Assembly: GCF_006345805.1 (NCBI RefSeq)
Contig: NC_042997.1
Location: 115,940,001-116,004,000 of the forward strand
Origin: Octopus sinensis
Lineage: Eukaryota
Length of the DNA: 64,000 nucleotides
Direction of reading: 5' to 3'
Shown: in pieces, positions 27,579-41,544 of the stretch
Numbering within the stretch: position 1 is the stretch's first letter
Layout: each line of letters opens with the position of its first letter
Translations under genes and position numbers: made by a program
Notes under the pieces: generated by a model
The model's database searches: none
What the model saw: the letters and a program-made list of their open reading frames with translations, nothing else
What the model was told of the DNA's origin: nothing

Positions 27579-28113
27579 TATTAATGTGACCTGACATCTC
27601 GCTGACATCCCACTGCCGGCAGTTATCTCTATGAAAATATATTTCTACTAAATTACAGTGTCGGGTCACGCTTTAGGGTCTATCTGGAAGTAGATTAATT
27701 ATATATTTTCATAATACATTCTTCTGGCGTTAAATAAATAATACAATTATTTGCCCTTTTAACCCGATATAGTGTAACGGGGGGGGGGATCTTCTGGTGG
27801 TTCATACCTGGTTAATATTATACCAGAGGAAAAGAATATTATGATAACCTGCCACTCCTTGGTGTGTTATGCGTGTGTGAGTGTGCGTGTTTGCGGATTG
27901 AGTATGAAATAGGAGAAATACAAAGAAGGCAGTGATACCCCGATACCCACAGTTTGTATACATACACAGGTAGATTTGTTAGTCCGCTGTTATATAGACA
28001 CACACATACACACACATAAATATATGTATATATAAATATATATAAAAACATATATATGTGTGTGTGTGCGTGTGTATATATATATATATGCATGCATGTA
28101 TGTATATATATAT

Positions 28114-28156
<43 letters not shown>

Positions 28157-28783
28157 TGTGTGTGTATATATATATAATAGAGGTAAAAGGAACAAGTAAA
28201 CTGATGATAGATAAGTAGATAGATAGTTACATAAGTAATAGGAACAGACAAGCACACATATAGATACATACACAAAAGAAGACTAAAACACATAACCATA
28301 TATTCATATATACATATGCATACGTCACATATGAATACCCGCATATTTCACACATACATATGGACACGTATGGAGACATACATCCATACATAACAGGGGC
28401 ATGTACGTAGTCACACAAACCCGTATACATAGACACAAACATGCATAAACAAGGAGATGGAGGTACACGCACAAACACACACACATACACACACAAACAC
28501 ATACATTCAAACGCACACATACACACACACACATGCATACATACATATATACTTATATACATACATGTGTGTACACATGCACTCTGACGCACACATATGC
28601 GCACAAACAAACAGACCTAAAGAACGTAGCTCTGACGGACAGCAGAGTCAACAACTATTGAAGAAGTTGCAAGATGCAACGAAACTTAAGGGAAAAAAAG
28701 TAAATGAGTGGAAATCGAACCGGTGGCTGTGTTGATTGATAAGGCATTAAAACAGAATGACTCTTCTCAGACACTATATACAA

Positions 28784-28827
<44 letters not shown>

Positions 28828-28829
28828 TG

Positions 28830-28861
<32 letters not shown>

Positions 28862-29089
28862 GTATGTATGTATGTTTGTATGTATGTATGTATGTGTTCC
28901 CCTTACATCGCTTGACAACCGATGCTGGTGTGTTTACGGCCCCGTAACTTAGCATTTCGGCAAAAGAGACCAATAGAATAAGTACTGGGCTTACAAAGAA
29001 TAAGTCCTGCGGTCGATTTGCTCGACTAAAGGCGATGCTCCAGCATGGCCGCAGTCAAAATGACTAAAGCAAGTAAAAGAAAAGAAAGA

Positions 29090-29159
<70 letters not shown>

Positions 29160-29679
29160 ACATATAAACGGCGGTGCATCAGCATGGCCGCAGCTCTGAG
29201 CTGAAACTAGAAAAAAAAATATATATATATATATACACACACACACATACTGCGAGAGAAGCATGTGTCTTGTAGCTATAGTTTACTACAAGGGAAGCTT
29301 GCTTTGATGTGCGTAGTTTCACGTACCAGACGTGTGTGTCTGTAAGTTTAATATATGTAAGGGTAAAGACCCCCTTCGGTCATGAATGACCATGGGATTG
29401 CACCTAGAAAGTTACCCTCCTAGACACAAGTCCGGGCAAGGTTGTTTATGGAAGACCAGAGTCGCCCATGCATACCAGCCTCCCCTCTCCACGCCACCAG
29501 TGTTATCCAAGGGAAAGACAAAGGTCGATACAGCTTGGCACCAGTGACGTCGCAACTCATTTCTACAGCTGAGTGAACTGGAGCAACGTGAAATAAAGTG
29601 CCTTGCTCAAGAACACAACACCCATGTAGGGCAAAATAATTGAAAGTAGGTATGCGTGCGTATAGGCATGTATGTATGT

Positions 29680-30478
29680 CATTGTTCGGTTTTATTTCAA
29701 GATTTCTTGCCAATAAAGAAAGAAGTGGTTTTTATCCTTGATTCAAAGCTCCTTCATTGGAATTTCAACATCAACAACAGGTTATTTTTGTTAGTAAGTA
29801 TGTACGTATGTATATGTGCAGATTAGTATGTATGTATTCTCATGAATATAGTTACATATGTAGACATGCTCATATATATATATTTAAATGATAAACTTCT
29901 GTAAAGTGTTACAGATTTTTACAGTTCCAGTGATGGATTGGATAAGTTGTCTTCGAATTAGCTTCCTTGTCTCTGGTTTTGAGAAGCTTAATTTCTAAAA
30001 ATTGGTATTTATGGGTGTTACATATCCCAGACCCCCAACAATTACAGGTATAAACCTGAACTTATAATCTGGATCGAGTAACTGCTGATTTCTCAATAGT
30101 TCAGCATAAGTGTTCTCTTTGAACTGATCTTCAGCTTTATGGTAACATCAACTGGGCAGCTAATTTCTACAGCTGTACACAATTTCTCTTCTCTATCGCA
30201 AATCATTATATCAGGTCTGTTGTGCTTACACTTTATTGAGGTTTTCACTGGGACATTCCACCAGTATTCCTTTTTATTATGAGTGGTTATGGCTTCTATC
30301 ATATTGTGGGGTTTTATTTCTTTGTCCTTGGGATTATACTTCTGACGGATTTCATTATAGTGTCCTAGCTACAACATCATGTCTCATCGGTAGATAAAAC
30401 CGTGATGACATTTTCGGACAACTGCTTATGATGTGGGTATCTTCAGTGTGAACTCCACACAGTCTGCATCGGTTATCA
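29680..30478 (-). mobile_element. R4/Dong-type (RLE-encoding) non-LTR retrotransposon 3' fragment
   Basis: [34 protein letters not shown] (CCHC-type finger plus RH), then KHNRPDIMICD...AVEISCP (PD..D/E restriction-like endonuclease) and a PVIVGGLG remnant. Confidence 0.8.
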
Positions 30479-31967
30479 CATATTTTCCCTCTGTATGCAT
30501 GTATGTATGTATGGATGGATGGATGGGTGGATGGGTGAATGGATGTGTGGATGGGTGAATGGATGTGTGGATGGGTGGATGTGTGTGTGTAAGATGCTGG
30601 TCAGATATGTATGCATTCGTGTGTGTGTTTGTGTATATAAAAAGTATATGAATATATTATTGTAACACATACATATATATATATATGGATGTTTCTCTCT
30701 CTGTATGTATGTACATATGCATTTTGAATTAAATTTTGGCACAAGGCCAGCAATTTCGGGGAGGAAATATCGATTACATCGACTCCATTAATCAATTAGT
30801 ACTTATTTTATCGATCCTCAAAAGGACGAAAGAGAAATTTGATTCCGGTGGCATTTGAACGTAAAGTCGGACAACATGCTATTATGCTTTTTGTCCGGCG
30901 CAGTAACGATTCTGCCAGGTTGTCGCATTATATATTGTCCGACTTTACGTTGTGGGTTCATATGCCACCGGAATAATTTTTTTCGATGCGTTTTTTCGAT
31001 GACCGAATAACTGAAGAGATGGCGGCGTGGGTTTCTGCCCCGACATCCGAAACTCGGAGTTTTATCATGGCTACCTAATAATTATCACGTATATTTACAC
31101 ATAAATTCCTCTATTTACATAATATCGAGGTCTCTTTCATTCTTTTGTTGTCTTACCATTTCTGTCAATATATAATATATATACATACGCAAAATGCATC
31201 GCACCTGTATTTCAAAGGATCAGCCTCGTCACAGTCTGTGTCACTCTGAATCTCCCTGAGAACTACGTTAAGGGTACGCGTGTCTGGAGTGCTCAGTGAT
31301 GCACGTTAATTTCACGAGCAGGCTGTTCCGTTGATCGGAGCCCTCGTCGTAACCGATGGAGTACCTAAAGATAACCTGAAAATCTAGGACAATCACCGCA
31401 ATACACCTTTGAAAAAGTTTTGATTGGAGAAATATTTAATTTGGAGCAATTATGTAAATTAGTCACATGATTTGCCAAAAGGTACACGTTTCCAGAAAAT
31501 ATAAAAAGTAGGTAAGATTAAAATTTTAAGTTCCATATCAGTTTATTTATTTAATTATGATCCTTTTTATGATCACATTTTTATATAGCTCAACCTGGAC
31601 CAAATGGCCTAGCAGTTAGGGGTGATGTACTCACGATCGCAAGACCATGGTCTCGATTTCGATACTGGGCGGTGCATTGTATTTCTCAGCAATAGACTTT
31701 ATTTCCCGTTGCTCTCATGCACTCGGCTGTGAATGAGTAACCCTGCAACGAAAGCTACCAAGGTAATATTGTGATCTCGGTTACTTATGCCCCATTAGGA
31801 ACCAGGTTACGGGTCCTATGACTCCTTAGGACTTAAGACTGTACTGGCTTTACTTTACAGTCTTAACTATCTTTTAGAAGACTTGGATGCAATAATTCCA
31901 AGTACAACAGCATTTCTGGACCATCTGAACATTGTCCGGCACATTTTAAAGTAATTTATCTAAAAAC

Positions 31968-32090
31968 TTGCATTTCGTTGGTCAAGTTGATGTAGACGCA
32001 TTTTTTTTTTGGATTGGTCAAGTTGATGTAGATGCGTTTTGTTGGATTGGTCAAGTTGATGCAGACGCATTTTGTTGGATTGGTCAAGAT
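31968..32090. repeat. 33-bp minisatellite, about 3.5 copies
   Basis: Unit GCATTTTGTTGGATTGGTCAAGTTGATG(T/C)AGAC. Confidence 0.85.
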
Positions 32091-32989
32091 TGTGAAGATG
32101 GAAAGGATTAAGGAACGGAAGGAGAAGTTTATGGAATATAACAGAAGACATTACAAGTGGGAGAAAGTCAACTTTCTTAGCTGATCACATTCTTAGTTAT
32201 TATAAGACAGTTTTGTCTTGTTACTTAGATTAATTTCACAGGGAATAGAATGAAAATAGTTCAGCTGGAGTTTAGTTGGTACTTTACCTGCTCATTTTTA
32301 CTCTTAAACGTCTTCCCCTTTCAAATTTCCTACTCTACTCGCTACTACCATCACCACCATGGGCCAATGCCCAAATTCTTCACTTCTATTCTGCTTTCTT
32401 TTTTTTTGATTGAAAACATCGTTCAAGTTAGACGTTTTGTGACTCTGTCCTTTTCTCCTGGTATACAAGGGATTAATCTCGACTTTGTTCTATGCCTTCA
32501 CACTACTAATCGGCGAATATTGCTTTCTCCGTATCTTGTCGAAAGGCTACCACGTGTGTGTGTGTGTGTGTTGCGGTGGTGGAACCAGAGGTGCAGTGTC
32601 CTAGTATTTGAAGAAATTGAACTTAAAATACGCAGAAACCCTGATGAATCTAGTCTCTATGGCTGACGAGGGGATTTCCGTATGTATTTGTCCTTTGTAC
32701 TTTTCCGTTAATCGTTTCTGTTTCATTTAAAATTTTATATAATATATATATACGCATACGTTACTTATAACATTATGTGTTAGTGCATTTAATTATAAAA
32801 TAGTAAAATGATCACACACACATACGCTTGTGTGTGTGTTCGTGTATGTTAAGTTACTCTAGTACGATGCACCAGAATTATTCTGCTTTTGCTGAAAAGT
32901 GAAAGGAAAAAACATTTCAAATTTTCGAGTCAAAATTGTAACTTCACTGGTCGTTCGTTTAAACACATTTCATGTTATTAGTTCCCCAT

Positions 32990-33049
<60 letters not shown>

Positions 33050-33096
33050 GCATGTATGTATATGTATGTATGTATATGTATATATATGTATATTTA

Positions 33097-33160
<64 letters not shown>

Positions 33161-34186
33161 TATATCTGTTTATGTACACTTACCTTCTTTTTTCTTTTAC
33201 AAACATACAAGAGTTTATTACCAGCTAACCACCCGTTAACCGTTCGTCACCCACCCGCTAACCATCACAAAGAGAGCGGGAGGAAAGATGTTATAAGCGT
33301 TAAACATTACAGACGACGAACGACATCTTGGGAGAAAATCTTGTCGAAGGTTCGACAGAAGGTTAAAATGTCCACGGTGGGGACAGGTGGGGGATTCATT
33401 GAGTTGTTATCGAGGGAGTTACAAGCTCTATAATAGAGCGGATTTTATGACGATTGTCTATAAACAGTACCGCAATCCCTGGGAAGATATGAAGGGCTGT
33501 TGGCGTTGGGGTTACCCTCTCTCGTTCTGTCTCCCTTTCTCTTTTAGGACCCCTTTGTTTTATACATATATCTTGTGAAATAAAATCCCCCACCTTTTCG
33601 TTGTTGTTTCTTTGTGCGATTATGGCGGCGGTGGCGGTGAAGGTATTAATAATACTAATAAAGTCCCCATTTTTTTTTGCTCTCTTTTCTTTTCCTCCAT
33701 CTTCATAAGACAATTCGGTTATCTTTGTTATCTTCGTCGGACTGTTTGTTTGAAATAAATGTAAACAATTCTAGCCTGCGTTTGGTAAAACCCAAGCACC
33801 CCTCCCAAATTCCTTACATTTGTGGCCATGCACGTGTATCTATGATAGGTAGGGGTATGTGCGTAAATATACACATGTACGTGTATATATGAAGATGTTG
33901 GGGGTGTTTTTTTTTTGTGTGTGTGTATGTGTATATATTTGTTGTATATACGTGAGAATTCTATTTCTTTTTGAGCAACAGATTTCTAAAAATAAAACAT
34001 AAAATATCACATAAACAAAAAATCGCTCCCCAAAATAACAGCGAGATATCTTTTGACAGCAAACGATTTAAGTAGTGAAGGAGGAGAGAGCGCGTTGGTA
34101 ACGGCCCTCGTGGCTTCTTGACGCCACTCGCACATCCAGCCTCTCGCTTACATTGACTCTCTTTCTGTGTTACCTGATGTGTCATA

Positions 34187-34220
<34 letters not shown>

Positions 34221-34255
34221 TCCATACATACATACATACATACATACATACATAC

Positions 34256-34292
<37 letters not shown>

Positions 34293-34795
34293 TATACATA
34301 CACATATACATACACATATACTTATATATATATTAAGGTATGTAGAAAAATACAACATGGACAAGAACGTATAACTCTTAGAAGACGATACAATAAACAC
34401 GGACAGGACATTCGAAACCCCCAGTCTTCAGTCAAGAACCGGATCATCGTAGTAATTTCGGCTGATTATCTTGAGATTACTAGATCACGCCAGCCTCCAA
34501 GAAAAAACTAAGCAACGAGCATTAGAAAAACTAAGCTGGGAGCGTAGATTTCCCGGAAGAAGGATCGAATGCATACGGACACCAGGACAGCAAAAGGGAC
34601 GAATATAAAAAAACAAAAAAATAATGGAATACAGAAACATGAAATACAGAAGCATTAACGGTGAAAACAACAACAAGTGTCTTACGACTGATAACAAGCA
34701 AACAAATTTTTTCTCTGGCGCAAGGAAAGGAGCCTTATCGGCGATATATATATATATAAACATATATATATTTATGTTTAATTATGTGTGCGTAT

Positions 34796-34829
<34 letters not shown>

Positions 34830-35161
34830 CAGTGCAAATAGGAGAGGTAGAACTCGAAATATGAGATATAATTTGGTTAATGCCAACGCACGAAACTCTC
34901 ACTTTGTTACTTCTGCTAAAAATTTATGACCGCGTGTATACCGTTGGCGATTTTTTTCACCCCGTCTTCCCTTCTTTGGATCTTTCCTTTTCCTATGTTT
35001 CTGACGAAGAGCTCCGCTCGAAGCGTTAACCCCTCCTTCTTTCCTTCTTTCCTGAGTGTCCAATAATACTATACTTGTTCCACGTCCTCGCGTTGTTGTG
35101 CTTTCTCTTTGTGTTTTCATATTTGGATGAACTATATAATATATATATATTGTATATATAT

Positions 35162-35209
<48 letters not shown>

Positions 35210-35377
35210 ATAATAAATATTAGGGAATAAATCCAAATTTACAGGAAAAATCAGATTAGGATTGAATCCTTTTATAGTAAAATATTATATTATATTAAAT
35301 TTAATATTATATATATCTATATTATAATAATATATATATATATATATTATATATATTATATAATATATATATATATT

Positions 35378-35409
<32 letters not shown>

Positions 35410-35427
35410 ATATAATATATATATATT

Positions 35428-35459
<32 letters not shown>

Positions 35460-35468
35460 ATATATATA

Positions 35469-35508
<40 letters not shown>

Positions 35509-35514
35509 TATATA

Positions 35515-35796
35515 GGCGCAATGGCCCAGTGGTTAGCAGACTCGCGGTCGTGGGATCGCGGTTTCGATTCCCAGACCAGGCGTTGTGAGTGTTTATGAGC
35601 GAAAACACCTAAAGCCCCACGTGGCTTCGGCAGGAGGTGGTGGCGATCCCTGCTGTACTCTTTCGCCGCAACTTTCTCTCACTTTTCTTCTGTTGGCCTG
35701 CTCGCTTAGCCACCGGGGTGGCGTCATTTGAAGGCTAAAGCAATGCGAAGCGCATTGTGACCAGCGATGTGTAGCACATCTGATAGCCTGGTCGGT

Positions 35797-35803
<7 letters not shown>
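35515..35803 (+). mobile_element. SINE-C: tRNA(Arg-like)-derived SINE
   Basis: GGCGCAATGGCCCAGTGGTTAG (A box), GACTCGCG (TCG anticodon-like), GGTTTCGATTCCC (B box), tail GGTCGGTCACGTGA. Second full copy 37839-38136(+); 3' fragment 42326-42441(-). Confidence 0.85.
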
Positions 35804-35874
<71 letters not shown>

Positions 35875-36525
35875 TATTTATTTATTTATTAAACGCACAC
35901 ACTCACACTCTCACACACTCACACACACATGACTGTAGAGGAATGTTTATGCAAACCTAGCAGATTCCTACCCAAAGAATGTGCCAGCAAGGTAAGAGTT
36001 AGCAGCAAGCTCAACGTAGAATTTCGTAGATGAGGTGTTCAACAAGGCTCGGTTTTCACTCCGCCCCTAAACAGGTTTTAATGCGAGGATTTAGATGAAG
36101 CTGTCCGTAGAAACAACCCGTATGGCAATAATAAAGACCTCGTAGAGGAATCTCTCGAAGAAATCTTAAACCGAAATGCAAAACTAAAAGTGAAGGCTTA
36201 TTTTTTTTTATTCATTTATTCCTTTATTTGCTTCAGTCATTTTGACTGCGGCCATGCTGGAGCACCACCTTTAGTCGAACAAATCGTCCCCCCGCCCACG
36301 GGACGGACTTATTCTTTGTAAACTTAGTACTTATTCTATCAAGTCTCTTTTGCCGAACCGCTAGATTATACATATTTAGAGAGTTTTTGAAGTGATGTAC
36401 AGATATTGTATATTGAAAATAACAAGGTAGTCAGAATGTCGGACGATTATATATATTTTTATTCACAGTTTCAGCGCTTTTTTCCCGTTATGGATTTATC
36501 AAAAAAGTGCACACACACACACATG

Positions 36526-36588
<63 letters not shown>

Positions 36589-37304
36589 GTCTGCCTGTCT
36601 TACTACCTACCTGTCTGTCTGTCTACCTGTCTGTCTGTCTATCTATCTGCCTGCCTGTCTGTCGGTCTACCTGCCTGGCTATCTCCCTACCTACCTACCT
36701 GCATATCTACGTATCTACCTACTTACCTACCCACCTACCTACCTACCTACCTACCTACCTATCTATCTATCTGTCTGTCTGTCTATCTATCTATCAACGC
36801 ACAGGCACACACACACACACACCACACACAACACACACACACACACACATGTAATCGCTAAAACCTATGCCAGTATTATATCGGTTTCAAATTTTCGCTC
36901 AAATCCAGCAATTCTGGATGATGGGAGTTAGTCGATTACATCCCCCCCTCCCCCAAGTACTCGGCTAGTACTTATTTTGTCGACCCCGAAAGGATGAAAG
37001 GCAGAGTGAACCTCCGCGGAATTTATTAGAACTTGAAACGTAAAGATGGTCAATTTGACTCTAAGCATTTTCCCCGGCGTGCTAAAGATACCGTCAGCTT
37101 GCCACCTTAAATACCAGTAATATATTGAGATCAATTCCTAATCTATGTTAAGAATAGGAGTAAGGTGGAAGACAGACTGGCTGCAGCGCCGCACTAATAT
37201 GCCTTAAAACATTTATTGTTTTTTCAATTAAATTCCAGAGTTCAAATCCCTCTGTACAACTTTGTAATTCTTCCTCTCTACGGATGTTTTATCTTTATGA
37301 AATA

Positions 37305-37557
37305 CAGTAATCCCTCGATTATCGCGAATGTTACGTTCCAAACTCCCCACCCCCCGCGATAGGTGAAAATCCGCGAAGTAGAAACACTACTGTACTGTAT
37401 ATTTTTATTATTATTATTTTCATAATTTGTTTGTATTTATTTTATCATAATTAATTTTATTATGTATTTATTTTATTATTATTTATTTTATTATAAATTC
37501 CACGGAGGAATCGACGTAAGCTTAAATATTAAACCGCGATATCGAGAGGGATTATTG
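37305..37557. mobile_element. pogo/Tigger-type MITE
   Basis: TA|CAGTAATCCCTCGATTATCGCG ... CCGCGATATCGAGAGGGATTATTG. A 90-bp version is at 38163-38251 and a left-end fragment at 14076-14125. Confidence 0.75.
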
Positions 37558-37726
37558 TGGGCTGAAACAAACAAAAAAAAAAAGAATAAAAGATCACACA
37601 TACACACACACACATATATAACTAATACACCTGCTTGTTGTTCATACACAGTTTTCGTCTTTTGTTTTCTGTAAATTTCAATATATATATTATTATATAT
37701 ATATTATATATATATATATATATAAT

Positions 37727-37820
<94 letters not shown>

Positions 37821-37838
37821 TACACATATACACGTGGA

Positions 37839-38136
37839 GGCGCAATGGCCCAGTGGTTAGGGGAGCGGATTCGCGGTCGTAGGATCGCGGTTTCGATTTC
37901 CAGACCGGGCGATGTGAGTGTTTATTGAGTGAAAACACCTAAAGCTCCACGAGGCTCCGGCAGGGGATCGTGGCGATCCCTGCTGCACTCTTTCGCCACA
38001 ACTTTCTCTCACTGTTTCTTCTGTTGGCCTGCTCGCTTAGTCAGCAGGGTGGCCTCATTTGAAGGCTAAACGAATGCGAAGCGCATTGTGACCAGCGATG
38101 TGTAGCAACATCTGATAACCTGGTCGGTCACGGTGA
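37839..38136 (+). mobile_element. SINE-C second copy
   Basis: Colinear with 35515-35803 over its whole length. Confidence 0.85.
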
Positions 38137-38768
38137 TATACATATACACATGCACACACACAGAGTAATCCCTCGACTATTGCGGGTGTTACGTGCCAAA
38201 ATTCCCAAAATCCCCGCAATAGGAGAACCGCGATATGGTGAGGGATTACTGTAAATACTATTAATTGTTTAATAAAGGCGGTGAGCTGGCTGAGTCGTTA
38301 GCACGTCGGGTAAAATGTCTCGCAGCATTTCGTTCGTCTTTACGTTCTGAGTTAAAAATCCGCAAAGGTCGACTTTATCGTTCATCTTTTCAATGTTGAT
38401 AAACTAAAACCAGTGAAGCACTTACATATACAGGTACGTACGTCATCATCGTCATCATCATCAGCACCGCCATGACAGCCAATCATTTTATTAAATTGAC
38501 GTCAAGGGAGGTAGATAACCGCCACAACAGCATCTTTTGATTTCGTACTCCAAAACAACATCATTTGGTTACGCTTTTTATTTGGTTACTGTTTCTTCTT
38601 CTTCTTCCCTCCTCTTCCTACTCATGCTTCCACCCCACCCCCCAATATTTTCTTCTTCTCTCAGATTCAGTGCATTCCTTGCTTTATTGGTTGTCATATT
38701 TCTGGTTTCTTAATTATCGTAAATACCAACAACAACTGACGGTGAAGGTTTTGATACTGATTACTACA

Positions 38769-38858
<90 letters not shown>

Positions 38859-39747
38859 TGGCGAGCTGACAATCGTTAGCACTACAAGCAGTATGCTTAG
38901 ACGTATTCGCTCGTTACTAATTACTTCCGTGTTCAAATTCTGTTGAGGACGTCCTTGCTTTTCATCCTTTCGAGGTCGATAAATTAAGTACCAGTGAAAC
39001 ACTGAGGTCGGTGTAATCCCCTAAAATTTCAGGCTTAATTGATTAATAAAAACAGAAGAGGGGTCATGTACTCAACTTGATTAGCTTACAGCTGTTTCTG
39101 CTGTGAGAAGCAGTGCTCTCACAGCCGAGTCAGTGTGCAACAGCTTAAAGTTTCTTCGGAGCCATCAAAATATTAGTGATAGCACTCTCTCTATTTATCC
39201 TCGTCTTTCTGTTTATATTTTACCTTCTCACTTGCACACACATCCACGCAATCTACTTAGCAACACATACTCACCCACTTATGTAGTCGTGCATTCCTCT
39301 GTGCAATTTTACATGTATCAATGTGTGTGCGTGTGTGTGAATATTTACGCGCGCGTGCGCACACACAAACACACGTTCGAATTCGTAGCCACTTCGACAT
39401 GGCTGTCTATTCGAACAGACTCTACTGCGAATTTTTAACCCCAAGAGGACATCTCCTTTAGCTGGTTAACGATGCAGAGCTGCATCCGATAAATTGCAAG
39501 CAGGGGAGCGAACCCCTTCCACCTTCTAGCAAGTAGACCAGTCCTGGTTTCGTGCAGCTCTGTATCGTTAACCAGCTGGAGGAGATGTCCTCTTGGTGTT
39601 AAAAAATCGCAATAGAGTTCTTTCGAACGGACAGCCATGTTGAAGTGGCGACGAATATTACTTGTCAGTACAACTACTGCGTTGATCTCTTGGAGACATT
39701 TTAGAACGAGCCTTTTTGCTTATATATAAGTGTGTGTGTGTGTGCTT

Positions 39748-40197
39748 TGTTTCAGGGGTTTCAGCCAGAGGCTAAGGCCATGCTGGTGCACCGCCTTTAC
39801 TGCATCCGGGGATTTTTCCAGTATTGCTTCTGGCGAGTTGGACCTTGCCGTTCTTCTTTGTGCCTCCTGCCGCGATGTGGGTTCATCCGGAATTGCAGAT
39901 AAAAAACTATCTTGACGTTTTTTGAAGACTTCCATGTTTACACGTGGCAGATCCCTCACGTTCTGTGGTAGGGCATTAAAAAGTTGTGGTCCCTTGAATC
40001 CCAAGGTATAAAAGTATTGAGTTCGTATCTTCAATGGAGAAGATGGGATCTTTGGTACTGTGCAGTGCCGTCCATTTTAGGGATTGTTGTAGATTTCAAT
40101 TCCAATATTTGGAGCCAGACCCTCCATTATTTTCCCCATGTATAGCACAGTATAAATCTCCACATCTCCTCTCCCAGGGAGTAGACTCCCAGATTAT
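39748..40197 (-). mobile_element. CR1/L2-group LINE, ORF2 C-terminus and 3' end
   Basis: Remnants LGVYSL...WGKIMEGLAPN...LGFKGPQLFNALPQNVRDL...FKKRQDSFLSAIPDEP...SNS; 3' end AAAGGCGGTGCACCAGCATGGCC. Confidence 0.75.
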
Positions 40198-40337
40198 CAT
40201 ATGTATATTATATATATAATATATATATACATACATATATATATATAGTATATATATGTATATATATATATGTATATATGTATATATATATGTATATATA
40301 TATATGTATATATATATATTGTATATATATATATGTA

Positions 40338-40375
<38 letters not shown>

Positions 40376-40414
40376 TATATGTATATATGTATATATATAT
40401 GTATATAAATCCTT

Positions 40415-40757
40415 AAATCCTTAAAAATGGTTTAGCCCGAAGGCCGCGGCCATGCTGGGGCACCACCGCTGAATGAGCCCACCTAGTTTGTGAATCCACC
40501 TCTGATACGTGGCACTTGATCAACAAGGGATTTCGATGCTGCTGCCCGCATCCGTGTCTCCTGTCGTGAGGTAGGTGCATCTGGACTCCCAACAAGAAGA
40601 GATCCAGTTTAGTTTTAAAGAAACCCACATCCACACCATGTAAGTCTCTCAGGCATTTAGGGAGGATGTTGAAAAGCTGTGGTCCTCTGAAACCCAAGCT
40701 GTTGCAGTATCTGGACCTGTATTTTGATGGTGATGTTGGAATCCTTGGCACCACGCA
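40415..40757 (-). mobile_element. Second CR1/L2-group LINE 3' fragment
   Basis: [39 protein letters not shown]; 3' end GGTGGTGCCCCAGCATGGCCGCG...(TTAAGGAT)n. Confidence 0.75.
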
Positions 40758-41498
40758 GCGGTGTATATATGTATATATATATGTACATATGTATATATGT
40801 ATATATATATACACGCAGCGGTGTATATATGTATATATATATGTACATATGTATATATGTATATATATATATGTATATATGTATATATGTATATATATAT
40901 ATGTATGTGTGTAAGTGTGTTTGTATATGTATGTACATACATATGTATACACATATGTGAATGTATATGTGTATATATGTATGTATTTACATGTATGTAC
41001 ATATGTATGTATGTGTGTGTATATATATATATATATATACACATATGTATGTATATGTATATATATATATATATGTGTGTGTGTGTTGTGTGTGTGTATG
41101 ACACACACGCAGGTATCATATTGCAACGCAATAGGCTAATATCACTAGTCTGCTGTCAAACCCATTTTCTATCAGACGTTAAACTCTACCACTTGGCGTG
41201 TTATGCTTGCTTTTTGCTTAAATTATTTAACAACACGCGCGTGTCCAAACCTCTTTATACCCTACTTCATTAATCCACTACTCTTCCCCTTTCTCCTTGA
41301 CTCTCTCTTTCTCTCTTTGTTTCTTTTCTCTCTCTTCTTTTTCTTTCTGTCATCCATCTCTATATCTTTCATTTCACATATTTACTACGCCACTCTTTCT
41401 TTTTATCCATTTACTAAATTTTTTCTTTCTTCCTTTCTTTTCTTCTGTTTTGGAAAACAAACACAGATACATACAAACATACATATATCACACACACA

Positions 41499-41544
<46 letters not shown>

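Noticed and set aside
32640-32690. Hammerhead ribozyme candidate CTGACGA-GG-GATTT-CC-GTAT (Penelope-like context)
   Set aside because: The essential GAAA is GTAT and flanking stems I/III were not found. Similar near-misses at about 14755 and 42195-42235 are also non-canonical.
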